NCBI GenBank assembly: GCA_024137785.1
Contig: JAHRHZ010000002.1
Coordinates: forward strand, 12,175,082-12,239,081
DNA: 64,000 nt
DNA from: Ginglymostoma cirratum
Taxonomy: Eukaryota
Direction: 5' to 3'
Position 1 is the stretch's first letter, and every line of letters starts with the position of its first letter. The position numbers were made by a program, and so were the translations under genes. Positions 12,901-24,490 of the stretch are shown piece after piece. The notes below the pieces were generated by a model. The model was given only the letters and a program-made list of their open reading frames with translations. It was not told where the DNA came from and searched no databases.

Positions 12901-15900
12901 TCCAGGACCAGAAAAAGTTGCTTACTAATTGTGACTTTGTGAGTCTTTTAAAACTTCTTAAAACCCTCAATGATACTACAGCCTAAAAGGGGAAGTTCAT
13001 TTGAGTTGAGCAATTTATAATCAAGGACATGAATAATACATACTGTGTGCGTGAACAAAGAGCCACGAGCACGTGGAAATCCAGAAATTGTTGCAATTGC
13101 ACATGTGAAGGTGTCAGAAATTGTTGGTTTTGCTGTTATAATAATGGTGAACACTTGAGAATTTCACCATTGTTACAAATACAAAACCTCAGAATGTGGC
13201 TCATACTCATGACTTTTTGCTCCGGAGAAGAGAATGTTATCAACTGAACCAAGCTGGCATCAAAGACCAAAATGTTGCATTCTCTGTTTTGCAGTTAGTT
13301 AGTTATTTGGTGTTTAATGACTGTCCTGAAAATGAGCAGACAACAAAAATTAAGGGATGGAGAAAGACCATTTATCCTGTTGAACTCCTTCGTACTCTGG
13401 CTTGACCACCTTAATGTCCAACTATAATCTTCAATTACCTAAAGGCTTAATTCAACTGCTGTACGTTTTTTGAGTTGTTCTAAATTTTCAGTTCTGTTAT
13501 CCCCCAAAATCCTGTTTAAACTTTCCCAAGTTTTAACTTGTGCATTCTTATCCTGTTGACATTGAAATTTGTTTTTTTTAAATCATCTTGTGTGCTGCCA
13601 ACCTGAATGAAATTGTCTTCAACTGTCTTCTTTCTAGATGTCATGTTTAAGCTTTTCAAGTCTTTGTGTCATTCCCTTTTACTTTTTACAGTCACACTTC
13701 TTGCTTTCCTCTGCACAAGGATGTAAGGGGAATAGCGAGGGCCTTCCCTTAGGGTGGGGGAGTTCAAATTTAGGGTGCATGTTTTTAAGGTGAGAGGAGA
13801 CAGTTTTTTTTTAAAAGCATGAGGGACAACTTTTTTACACAGTGGTTTGTGTGGCATGAACTTCCAGAGAAAGTTGTGGATGCAGGTACAGTTACAATAT
13901 TTAAATGACATTTGAATAAATACAAGAATAGGAAAGGTTTGGAGGATATGGGCCAAATACAGGTAAGTGGGGCTAGTTTAGTTTGGAAACATGGACTCGT
14001 TGGACCAAAGAGCCTGTTTCCGTGCTGTGACTCTAATGTTGGTGGCATTGAATGTACTTAATGCACTATTTTTGTCTGAAATTGCAGCTGTTGATTTTGC
14101 TTACGAAAACCAGAAGCCAATTTTCAAAAACCTGGACTTTGGTATTGACATGGATTCCAGAAGTGAGTGTCTGTTTTAATTTTCCATTTTATAAACTGCT
14201 GAGGATGTTTAAAATAATATATTTGTATCTGAAAGTAATTATTTAAAAGTTATATCTTCTGTGGAGCGTGTAGAACATAGAAACTAGGAATAGGGTATTT
14301 GGCTCTTTGAGCCTGCTTTGCAGTTCAGTATGATTCCATTCTGCTCGATGCCTCTAATAGCTATTAAGGTATCAGCCTCTTTCTTGAATATACTCAGTGA
14401 CCCAGCCTCCACAGTCGTCTTTGGTAGAAAATACCACAGGTTGATCATCCTCCGAGTGGAGAAATGTTTTCTTATCTCAGTCCTAAATGGCCTACTCTGT
14501 GTCCTGAGACTGTAGCGCCTAGTTCTCGATTTCCCCAGGCAGGTGAAGATTGTTCCTGCATCTAGTCTGTCTGACTATTAGAATTTTGTACATTTCGCAC
14601 AGATCTCTGTGCATCCTTCTAAACTCCAGTGAATGTAGGCCCAGTTGAACCAATCTCACTTCCATATGACAGTCCTGCCATTCCTGAGCCCAGTGAACCT
14701 CGATTGCTCGTTTATCTCCTTTTTTGATAGGAAGAACTTTGTTCTTCCCGTGTTTGCGTGAGTTTCCTCCTTTGAGACCCAAAACATTCCCATGTCTAAT
14801 AACCTGCATGTTTCTAAGCAGACTCTCTTTTGTAGAAGTTCTGTGAACTCTGCTGACGTAATTGGAGCCCGAAATGCTCATAGGAGAGAAAGTAAATTAG
14901 CTTCGAAACTCAACACTGGTCTCTTGAGCAGAAAACAAAGCTAATGGGCCTTATATGTTTACTTTACCTGTAATAAACCAATAGTATAAACATCATTTCA
15001 TTAACATCCCAGGTTTGTAGTCACCTGCTCACTGGCACATATTTGTTGCAGTCACTGTTCCAGATGGCTGTCTGACCCTAATGTTTGAAGCAAAGATGTG
15101 CTGAAAAGTAACCAACGCCTATTTGCCATTATTATGAAATCCAAACTCCAAACATGGCTTTATTAAATTATACACAGTTCATCACAGTTGTATGCTGGAA
15201 TCTATTCAGGAAGCTCAAATATAGAGGGTAACGGATATCTGGGAGAGACTTATAGGCTGAAATCTAAGCACGTTTGTTTGAATTGTGTATGTGTTTATCC
15301 TGAGTTCCTATTAGAATGCTACCTTGATATTAGTGCATCATAATTAAGTATATTAGTGATAATTGATATCTGCTCTAAAGTTTGTCGCTTAGTGGTACTG
15401 TTCTTCAGTATTTCAGTTTTGAATGGTTTCTGATGTCAGAACCTGTAGAAGGGATGCAAAAGTGAGTCCACTTGACACAGTATGTTCCCTGCAACTTAGA
15501 AAGTCCCTAGTAATTATTACTTCTGTTCTCTCCCACCTTTCAGTCTGTATTGTTGGACCCAATGGAGTTGGAAAAAGTACTTTGCTGCTCCTGCTCACTG
15601 GCAAGCTGACCCCTGTAAGTTGTTACACAATTGTGTCACTCACTGTCACTTATTCTCAGTTACATACTGATACAGTGCCGTTTTTATTCTTAGCATGTTG
15701 GTAAAACTTGCAATTCCTGATAATGCCTAGTTATCTTGATCAGGTGGTTGTAGTTTGCCTTATTGTACTCCAGACAGTAGATTCATGAGTCATACAGCAC
15801 GAAAACAGACCCTTCGGTCCAACTCGTACATGCTGACCAAGTTTCCCAAACAAAACTAGTCCCACTTGCCTGTGTTTAGCCCTTATCCCTCTAAACCTTT

Positions 15901-18900
15901 CCTATGTTTGTACCTGTCCACATGATTGGACTGCTTTCTCATGAGAGACAGAGAGAGAGGGATGATTGTGGCATAGTTACCCTCAGGTTAAATCACCACC
16001 GAGAGTCCTTCCTGTTGATGTGTACTGGTGCAGGAATTGAACCCATGCCGTTGGTATTGCTCTGTGTCACAAACCAGCTGTCCAGTCAACCACTTTGCAG
16101 GTGAGTGAACCAGACTATTTCGGATGACTATTGAGGAAGAGTCCACATTGTGCATGCGTACTTCTAGTTGATTCTTTTAAGCTGAATTAAAGTTCTCAAA
16201 ATGGTGGCATTTACACATGTGTTCACTGGTCCTAGTTTATTAGAACTGTAATATAACCCCGAACTTTATAAAGATCAACAGCAGTGTGATTCTTCCATTG
16301 GGTCAATGGCCCTTGCCGAGACTGAGGATTCACCAAACTACAACTCTTGCGCAGCACCCGAGTTGCTATCAGGCCATGCCTTTTAAGCGAGTACGTTTAC
16401 ATTTATGATATACCTCATGTCCACAATGTATTCTCATCTTCTGTCTCTTCCTCTGTCTCTCTCACTTTACTGCCCACCACCACCACCAACACCAATCAAA
16501 CACTCTACATCCTCCAAATACAACCGTTGATTTTTAAGGATCCTTCCAACTGGTTCAAATCAGCTATTCTTAGTGTGCAGACTGTATTCTCGTCAGTCTG
16601 TATGTCATAATAGTATTCTTGCCATTGCTGGATATTTGGATAAATATTAGGGAGAGAGAGTGTCCTGTGTGCATAAACACCAGCTTAGACTAATTGGCAC
16701 AAATGGCCCATTTCTGTGCTGATAATTGTAGTAACATTGCAATAGTGTCATATGTGTGACTTCAGTAGAATCAAATTCCCTCTTTCCTTGATTTCAGACT
16801 GCTGGTGAACAGAGAAAGAACCACAGATTGGTAAGTGTCTGTTCTCGTGTATTAGCTACTGTCACGGAAATAGTTCATTGCTTCATGTTTGCAAATTTGG
16901 CAACTTTTGTGACGTGATCATTCTGCAAGACTGACGGTGTCACCTGTCTGCACTGACTTCTCATTCAGTTAACCACGCTGCTCCTTAATTACACTCACCT
17001 GATGCTAACATCTCCAGTTGTGTTTTTATGTTGGAGGGGTATGTCTGACTCGTGTCCTTGGCTTCACAAATAAGCATTCCAGAAGTGATAGTTCATAAAC
17101 CGCTGAACCCTTGAAACAGCATGGGTTGTTTAGTTGGCTTGACGTTGAACAGTCATTGACAGTAGTGCCCTGAGTCAACAGGAGGGACAATCAACCAGGA
17201 ATACTGCTCCTTAGTAGCATTCTTTGACTCTTGCTAGAAGAGCTGTCCAGTTTGGAAGTTATCAGACGAGAACTAGATTAGAGATGACTGCACTTCTCCT
17301 TGAAGCTTTGTGCAAATACTTCATTCGTACATAAAAGCACAGCCATATTATTATGACAGTTGGAAACTTAGCCCAGTGATGGGGTTGCCCTATAAGGGTG
17401 GAGGGGAAGTTTGGAAACCTGAAAGATGTTGAGCATGTAGTGGTGCAATGTTGAACTATGGCGTACTATGTCTATTTCAGTTTATTTATTATCCTACATG
17501 GGGACTTTACTTGAAGAAGCGTTTACGTTGTATTTTTCCTTAAGTTATTTTTTTTTCTCAATTCCCACCCACACCAGAAAATAGGTTACTTCAACCAACA
17601 GTATGCGGACCAACTCAACATGGAGGAGACAGCAACAGAGTATCTCATGAGAAACTTCAACCTGCCATACCAGGATGGGAGGAAATGTCTTGGGCGCTTT
17701 GGCTTGGAGAGCCATGCCCACACCATACAAATCAGCAAACTCTCAGGTACTGAATGAGAAAGGCTGTCTGGGAGAGGGAGCAATAAGTCATTTATTTTTC
17801 TTCCAGTCAACTGATAGTGGCAACAAAAGCATTGGTTATTTTGAATTAACTTTGTGAATAGGATCTGCTCAGTCATTTTGGACCGTTCAACTGTAGCCAG
17901 AACGTTTAAAGAGCTGTTGTAGTTGGTTGAAGAAATTCAAGCTGGAAGTTTTTAACATCTCAGCTGAACGTAGCTAATTTGCTAGCTGAACAACTCAATC
18001 CATGTCAAAAACGGGGTGATAGTGTAAATTTTCCCCCATACCTGCTCGCTATTTCTCAGCTTGAGGGCACTTTTGAGTTGTCAACTGGTCTTTTTAAAAT
18101 CCGTGTAGAAGAAATCATGTGGTCAACTGTCATCAATTAGTAAGTTGAGCTGTGTGGCTAATACACAACACTTTGAACTCTGTGATCATGCTCAACTCCT
18201 CATCGTCTGTGGTCTTGTTGCTTATATCACTTCCTTTTTTATACAGGTGGTCAAAAAGCAAGAGTAGTGTTTGCAGAATTAGCTTGTCGACAGCCTGACG
18301 TACTCATTCTGGTGAGTAACTGGGCCAGTACTATTATTTTTTTAATTACAAATAATTTTGTTTCCTAAAGGTGTGCTAATCTGTGTTGGGTTCTGTTCCT
18401 GACACAACAGTAGCCCTTCAGGCACTCAACTAAGTGGTCTTTCTTCACGGATAAGCCTTTAGTGAGTTTTACGAAATGTCAGTCATGTGGAGTTTCATGG
18501 TAATCGCTGATTTTGTACTGAGGGAATATTAAGTATATAAATACATTCTCAAGTCACTGGATAATGATTACTCACTAAGTCAGGTGTTTTGTGGGCAATT
18601 GTACCACTTTTACCATAACATTGGACTGACAGCTAACCAAACGCAAACTTCACCAAACTCAGGCGTTTTTGTTTTTTTAGTGCTCACTAGGTACGATGAT
18701 TCAGGATGCTTATACTTTTGGTATGGATATGTTCAGAGGAAGGATTTGTAACTAGACTGTGTTGACTGAGTGCAGTAAGGGACCAATTTAGAGAAATTAG
18801 ATTATTCTGAGAGCTTTCAGTCTGAGTAACAAATGTCAGGAGGTCCTTTTGAATCTGCTTATACTGGCAGTAGAGAGAGACCCAATAGCAGAAATGTAAG

Positions 18901-20819
18901 CTCCTCTTGAAGTTAGTCCTGTGAAATACAAAATTCTTGCTCTGAATGGACTTCCCTCAGGTCCAGGTTCAGCATTTTAGTACAATGTTTAATTCAGACA
19001 CATGGTGAGAGAGAGACTGCAAGATGTCTAACTAAACGCCACATGAAGTCTTCAGCTGTGATACAAGTTGATACAACTGCAGCCTGATGATTGGATATTG
19101 TCAGATCTAGAGGTAGGATTCTTCACTACTTTCACGAACAGTCTCCAGCTTTGAGCCTAGCTGGTATTTGGAAAGGATAACAAGTTTGTTGATATTCAGT
19201 GAAAGCGGAACCAAGTGGTCCACTGCTTCCCATGACCTGTTTTCTTTCTCCATCCCCAACCAAACATCTCAAAGATCTGTGTAGAAGTAGCTGTACCTAT
19301 CCAAGGACAGGAATTTTCCTTGCATGTGGAATTGTATCTAGTTTACATTTTAAGGAAATGTTAACAAATCCATTTTTATTGCAGGATGAACCCACAAACA
19401 ACCTGGATATTGAGTCCATTGATGCTTTGGCTGATGCAATTAATGTCTACAAAGGAGGTGAGTCTGCCCTGTGCTGTCAGAGGGTAGGAGTAATCTAATG
19501 CAGGGTTATTTGTGTTTCCTGCCTCACTGCAGAAGAAACGACCTCTTTTAAACTCCATTTCTAAGTATAGAACAATTTGGCCTACAAAGCCCATACTAAT
19601 TCCTTGGAAGAGCCGTGCAATTTCCTATAGTCTAATGCAGTTTATCTTCCAAATATCCAAACGTTTATCTTTGAAAGCTGTTATTGTATCAGGTTTCTCT
19701 TTTATTTATTCTGATCATTGTGAACATCTATCAAATAGCCTCTATAACATCTCTGTTCAGCAATCATAGCTTCTCCTGTCTCTGCAACAGTGGTTCCCAA
19801 CCAGCAACATGGCACACTTGAGTGAGACAAACAGTTGCACAGCACACTTCTTTTTCACGTCGTCCTCTCAGTTTTGTCTTTCAGCCATATGTATTTAGAA
19901 TGTTCATGTTTTAGAATCAAAACTTTGATTTGTTAATTTGCATGAGCTTTGAGTTGTAATTTTGGTTGGACAGATTATTGTTTAAAATGGAACACTGCAC
20001 ACTCAGACAATTCTCACACCATACCAGTGTGCCGCGACAGACTGATTGAAAACTACTTCTGTACAAGTCCTTCATTCCTGGTACCATTCTGATGAATCTG
20101 TTCTGTATCCTTCAAAGTTTTATGTCCACATTTTCTCCTGAAGGTGTAGCATCTTTCTGTGGTGCGGTCTCAAAAAGTTTGTGTCATGTCCAGCTGATCA
20201 TTTTTGTGAGCCAGTACTGTCAGCAACTGGTTCATCTGTGACTCTTGCAATCTGCAAACCCCTTCTTTACCCTGACTTCACACAGCCACCCACGCACTCC
20301 CTCAAAAGCTGTGGTTATTTCTAATTGGTGAGCTTTTGTTTTGAATATCAGACAAGCGAAGTTCTGTCCTCATCATTCACAGGATTTAGTGAATCATAAA
20401 CAGGACCTCGCTAAAGTAAAAGCAACACCAGTTGTGTTATCCTACACAGGCCAATACTGATACCCTGCATTTATCGGTATAATGCGCAAGATTATACTAG
20501 CATGTAGTGCTGTTAATTCAGCATAAACTGATACATGCCTCTACTGCCATCTAGCATGTTAATAGCGCAAGACTGCTAGCATTAATTTACCATTGACTCG
20601 TAGTCCAATACATGGCCTGTGCTGTAATAATACTTGCATTTTCTTTGCACAGCTGTAATCATTGTGAGCCACGATGCCCGGCTGATCACTGAGACTAACT
20701 GCCAGCTCTGGGTAGTGGAGGAACAGACAATAAACCAGATTGACGGCAACTTTGACGATTACAAGCGTGAGGTGCTGGAAGCACTTGGAGAGACCATCAA
20801 CTGCAGGCAGAAGGATTGA
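867..20819 (+). CDS. ABCF1: ATP-binding cassette sub-family F member 1 (ABC50), 5'-truncated by window edge; 14 exons
   Basis: Exons 867-952, 2491-2630, 3479-3627, 4129-4212, 5277-5401, 9397-9509, 11943-12114, 14088-14162, 15544-15614, 16798-16830, 17578-17746, 18247-18311, 19385-19457, 20653-20819 are all AG/GT bounded and phase-compatible. The spliced protein has two ABC domains and no TM segments: [24 protein letters not shown]; [28 protein letters not shown]. It closely matches human ABCF1 from memory (e.g. [25 protein letters not shown]). Confidence 0.97.
1040..1460 (+). mobile_element. tRNA-derived SINE (non-HE1 shark family); related copies at ~41290-41620 (+) and ~30130-30430 (-)
   Basis: Shared blocks gtcactagaccagtaatcc, aaggaaat(c/t)t, ggcctatgtgat and agcaagccact recur at 41290-41620 and in reverse at 30130-30430. 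Confidence 0.6.
1618..2017. other. Assembly gap (400 N)
   Basis: Run of N. Confidence 1.
2040..2075 (+). ncRNA. Minimal (PLE-type) hammerhead ribozyme motif; mirror copy on - strand at 1560-1595
   Basis: ttt-CTGATGA(2045-2051)-a-GGGT-ttag-GCCC-GAAA(2065-2068)-CGTC-aag: intact core, stem II, palindromic ACGT stem III. Confidence 0.65.
2491..2630 (+). CDS. ABCF1: ABCF1 exon
   Basis: cctcag|AG...AAG|gtgaac; [31 protein letters not shown]...ERLQK. Confidence 0.93.
3479..3627 (+). CDS. ABCF1: ABCF1 exon (ABC signature 1)
   Basis: ttgtag|GTA...CTAG|gtaagc; [50 protein letters not shown]. Confidence 0.95.
4129..4212 (+). CDS. ABCF1: ABCF1 exon (Walker B 1)
   Basis: ttacag|A...ACAA|gtaagt; [27 protein letters not shown]. 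Confidence 0.95.
4560..5560 (+). repeat. ~100-bp direct repeat pair (4560-4657 and 5461-5560) flanking an ABCF1 exon
   Basis: ttaaagattccttatttgattcaa(a/g)ggtgatcaacttacatttgcttgggtaactgcagcacctccaacactc...ccaggaccaa is present twice with few differences. Confidence 0.85.
5277..5401 (+). CDS. ABCF1: ABCF1 exon (H-loop 1)
   Basis: tttcag|T...TACA|gtaagt; [41 protein letters not shown]. Confidence 0.95.
6960..7580 (-). mobile_element. Degenerate Penelope-like element 3' fragment
   Basis: aaacaaaaacaaagtgct...gcatctgtagaaagaaac and gtcctgaagactctgaagtgcc...aaaataagatactgttcctcc parallel 56415-56860. Confidence 0.6.
7815..8505 (+). mobile_element. CR1-type LINE 3' fragment
   Basis: Decayed RT C-terminus (ggaatattgtaagcagttttaggccccatttctaaggaaggatgtg) and tail gatgggccgactgacctaattctt. 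Confidence 0.8.
9397..9509 (+). CDS. ABCF1: ABCF1 exon (inter-ABC linker)
   Basis: aaccag|AT...GCG|gtatgt; [37 protein letters not shown]. Confidence 0.94.
10660..11215 (+). mobile_element. CR1-type LINE 3' fragment
   Basis: gaatactgcgtacaattctggtcaccc...ggtctgaagggtctgtttct tail; homologous to 30505-31648. Confidence 0.8.
11943..12114 (+). CDS. ABCF1: ABCF1 exon (linker)
   Basis: ttatag|GAG...CATG|gtaaga; [24 protein letters not shown]...[21 protein letters not shown]. Confidence 0.94.
13725..14035 (+). mobile_element. CR1-type LINE 3' end
   Basis: ccttagggtgggggagttcaaa...ggaccaaagagcctgtttccgtgctgtgactct; homologous to 31330-31648. Confidence 0.75.
14088..14162 (+). CDS. ABCF1: ABCF1 exon
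   Basis: ttgcag|CT...AGAA|gtgagt; [24 protein letters not shown]. Confidence 0.94.
14265..14700 (-). mobile_element. CR1-type LINE 3' fragment
   Basis: agaacatagaaactaggaatagg and gaaatgttttcttatctcagtcctaaatggcc are reverse-strand CR1 3' blocks. Confidence 0.7.
15544..15614 (+). CDS. ABCF1: ABCF1 exon (Walker A, domain 2)
   Basis: tttcag|TC...CCT|gtaagt; [23 protein letters not shown]. Confidence 0.95.
16798..16830 (+). CDS. ABCF1: ABCF1 33-bp exon
   Basis: tttcag|ACT...TTG|gtaagt; [11 protein letters not shown]. Confidence 0.92.
17578..17746 (+). CDS. ABCF1: ABCF1 exon
   Basis: caccag|AAA...TCAG|gtactg; [23 protein letters not shown]...[18 protein letters not shown]. Confidence 0.95.
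18247..18311 (+). CDS. ABCF1: ABCF1 exon (signature 2 / Walker B 2)
   Basis: atacag|GT...CTG|gtgagt; [22 protein letters not shown]. Confidence 0.95.
19385..19457 (+). CDS. ABCF1: ABCF1 exon
   Basis: ttgcag|GAT...GGAG|gtgagt; [24 protein letters not shown]. Confidence 0.95.
20653..20819 (+). CDS. ABCF1: ABCF1 last coding exon
   Basis: gcacag|CT...TGA; [24 protein letters not shown]...[19 protein letters not shown]. Confidence 0.95.
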
Positions 20820-22698
20820 AACCCCACGACTGCGAGTTAAAGTCTTTCTAGCCATCAGAACAATGTTGAGAATGAATAGCAGCACTCAACAAAATAAAAT
20901 TGCAACTGGAAGGGGAGCCTAGCCTATTTGGAAGCCTCACATTGGTAGAGGCAGAAATTGTCTATGTCTTTCTGCAGGCTTCTACCTGATGTTGTCCTTA
21001 ACAGTATTGGGGGGGGAAATATGCCACACAAAGAATTTGATGATCTACAGACGTTCACTTCTTTTTAGAGTGGCATTTGCCCTCTGAATAATAAGATTAT
21101 AAAATACTGAAAATATTAAAATAACCCTGGTCGTGGACAAGTCAGTCAGCATCTGAAAGAAATGCAGCAAATGTAATGGTTTTGGTAGGCCCTTCAGGAC
21201 TGAATTCTGAATTTGAAGTACTTGCCTCAGCTGTCCAGATGCTGATAGTTCTGCTGTGCCTTTTGAGCAATATCTATTATTTTACTGCATTAAGTCGGGG
21301 GATTTCATTTCAGAGGTGGGTCCCTCACAGCTCGTGCTTGGTTCTTTTTCCATAAAAGAGTAGCAGTAAACAGCCCAACTGGGAAGCTGCTCCTTGACAG
21401 TTCAGTCTGGCCTCTTCAGTTCCCTTTTGCATGAGGGTGATTTAGCAGGGCACCACGAAAAATGCAAGGCTTGGCTTCTGTAATGCTAATGGCCACTTTT
21501 GTAGTAGAGTTGACTGTCTTCATGGGCTGTAGGACATACTTGAAATGAATTGACCAGAAGCTAAGTTCCAGCCTATCCACAGAAGTGACAGTAACAGTAA
21601 GCTGTTGGTGAGCTGCTGAGTGTAATATCAGAGTAGGATAGATTATGGATGTAACTTAATTCCAATCTATGAAACTGCTTTCATGATGGAAACGTATTAT
21701 AATGGAATGTGTGAATAGCAGGTATGTGACATCGCTCTTTGACGGCATCATCTCAACCAATATTTAATCCACATTTTTCCAGAAGGAAAATCAGTACTGA
21801 GTTAAGTCTAGTTACTGTTTATCATTCAGATGGAAATGGAATGCAAGGAATTAAGGCTGCCATCCATCCAGAGGAGTACGAGTCACATTTAATTATTTGT
21901 CTTAATGGCTATGCAGCTCAGTGCAGATACCAAAACTGGAAGCATCTTGGACTTAAATATAGAAAATATGTTGTCTTGCCCATTTCATCTGTTCATTGCA
22001 TTATAGCAGCTCAGGCACACTGGTTTCTCAGATTTCAGCCTGTTTAAAAGAGACTTTGAAGAGTTTCCAATTCACTGAAATTCAGTACTACAGTAGCCAA
22101 ATGGCTTCAGACTCTGCAGTATTTTGTCAAAGATTGCTCATGTGCAAGTTTGAATTACCGTACTTGTGTAAAGGCACACTAGAGCAGGCATCAACACTGT
22201 GCTGAAATTGGTCCTAGAAACACTTGACAAGATATTGTTTAAGCTGCATTATTCAAGCATTCAATTCACTTTGTGCCTTCCCTGAATCACTTCTGTAAGT
22301 GGGGTGGCAGGGGAGAAGTGCAGCAGATAGTATATGAATCGGAAAGAAGGGGTCTGGGATGTCCCAGCACCCATCACCTGTCTTTTCACAAACTGTTTAT
22401 CGTTGATGGAATATCACTTGCATCCGAAGCTCCCAAATGTCAAGTTAGTCCTGCTGTATTACACAATTATGTGGTATGAGCTCAATCTCTGATTTGGCTA
22501 AATGTTAGGCAGCAGTTTCATCTTTGGTCACATTTAGAATTGCACAGTGGGCTTGGTTTTTTTAATTAAATCAAAGAATACTTTGCATTTGCACTAATCT
22601 TGTGCCAACTATAAATAACTATTTAGTGCAATTGCTTTGTAGAACTGACCACTTTTTAATTGAGAACAAATACCACAAAAAAATCTAGAGAGCATACA

Positions 22699-22704
22699 AA
22701 TAAA
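22699..22704 (+). terminator. Candidate distal poly(A) signal of ABCF1 (a proximal AATAAA is at 20893-20898)
   Basis: AATAAA followed ~30 nt later by U/GU-rich ttgatttttggtattg; would give a ~1.9-kb 3' UTR. Confidence 0.45.
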
Positions 22705-24192
22705 ATTATTTTACACTAAAGAAACATACCTGCATTGATTTTTGGTATTGAATAATTATCAGGAGATTCAACAAATTGGTGGTAAAATGATTAGGGCACT
22801 ACCAGTTAAATAGGTTTTATTTACTGACTGGTTATTTGTTGTGATGCCTGACTTAGCTTGAGCCCTCTTACTTAACCTTTTCCAGGTGTTCAGCATCCTC
22901 TTCAGCCATTCCTATTGAGGAAAGCTGACTGCAGATCAGTATTTCCAACAGTAAGAGGCAGGCTTTGTATGGGTAGTTGGCTTGAATTTCCTATGTACCC
23001 TAACTTTACGGAGAGGTTTTGGGTGGTTTATTCAGACTCCTTTGTAAATTTGAAACTTTCTTGAATGTTATTTCCTGGCTTTAGCCTATCCAAATTTAAT
23101 GTTCTAACTAAATAGGAAAAGTAGCTACTTGGCATAAATATTACTAAATTCTCACACTTTAGACAAATGGAGCAATATTTGCACTTCTCTTTTTTTATTT
23201 TGGTGTGCCTGGCTTAAACTGTGATTGTGTATTTCACCCACAGTGACAAGTGTAGGATTTGTCTTTGTCCCACCCACCACATGCACTGAGGTCATGTGAA
23301 CACATTCCAGTTTACCGAGAGCTTTGATAGGCTGGTTGAGGGAGATGCAGTGTGCTCAGCTGGAGTCAAGAGAATTAATCTCTACCCCAGTGTGTGCTAC
23401 ATCTTGGCAATGGCCTGGGACATGGATTTTTGCATACTTCATTTGGCATGACTACCCTACAAGGTGAATGATTATTTCATGCACATTTCATACACAGAAA
23501 CTCTGCTGATCTTTCTCAACATAAGTCAAACTAGACATCATCAACAAATGTGCATGAGGGATTGAGTGAATTGCCATTATTCTGTGACCTGTGACACAGT
23601 TAGGTGCCATTGCAAGCAATCACAGCAGCACTAAACCCTTATTTTTGATTCTTAGACGTAGCTTTCCTCAATACCTTTGCAATCTAGAACAAAGACAACA
23701 ATGTGGCCTTTTCACTGTCTCTTCAGTAGACATTACCAATTAGTTTCTGTGCTCCTGGCTCTTTATCCACCATTTGTGTACTTAATGTATTCCCTTTTGG
23801 AAGTTACTGTTACTTTTGACAATTTCCACCATCAGGATGTACGCTATTCACTGCCTAAGCACAGTAACTCGTCAGGCTAGGTATTTAAATTATAGATGTG
23901 TAGTGAAATATAACCAAGACATTAACAAGAATGTCCTCTGTATGCAGCCTTGATAAGAGTAATTACTTAGCTTCTGAATGCTTTTTAAACTTACGCTCTC
24001 CAAAATATTACCAATCCCAGGTCATCTCTACACCCCTTTACAAACTGTACTCCCACAACCATCAGGCAGTAAAATTAAAGTGTATTGGACTTAGTAAATA
24101 CTGTCTTGGTCACTCTTTGTTTAATATATAAACTATCAGTTCCCCATCCATTATGAACGGCAGTGACTAGGCTACAGTCAGTGTTTTCACAT

Positions 24193-24198
24193 TTTATT
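24193..24198 (-). terminator. Candidate poly(A) signal of MRPS18B
   Basis: tttatt on + (AATAAA on -) ~70 nt downstream of the stop codon. Confidence 0.55.
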
Positions 24199-24266
24199 CA
24201 AAATTTCAGCATGCTCTGGAAACACACTCAAATGGCCATTAATAGGTGCTGGGCTCATTTGAAAAG

Positions 24267-24490
24267 CTATGTTGTTTTAGTTGAAGTTTGAGCAACGTCC
24301 TCTTTCAGGAAGGGTTTGTACGTCTTGCGAATCCGCGTAATCTCCTTCTCCGGTGGATCCTGCCACTCATACCAGCTGTACCAAGGACCTTCCTGCCTGG
24401 GTGGGGGTGGGGTTTTGCCCACTGCCCCATGTGAGCCAGAGTAATTGTCCAGATTGATCTCTATGTGTGGGACTTGGAATCCAAGCAAAC
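24267..24490 (-). CDS. MRPS18B: MRPS18B exon 7 (last coding exon)
   Basis: ttgcag|GT...TAG; [64 protein letters not shown]... Confidence 0.95.

Noticed and set aside
867-20819. miR-877 mirtron, hosted in mammalian ABCF1
   Set aside because: All introns here are at least 500 nt, and no short hairpin intron is visible.
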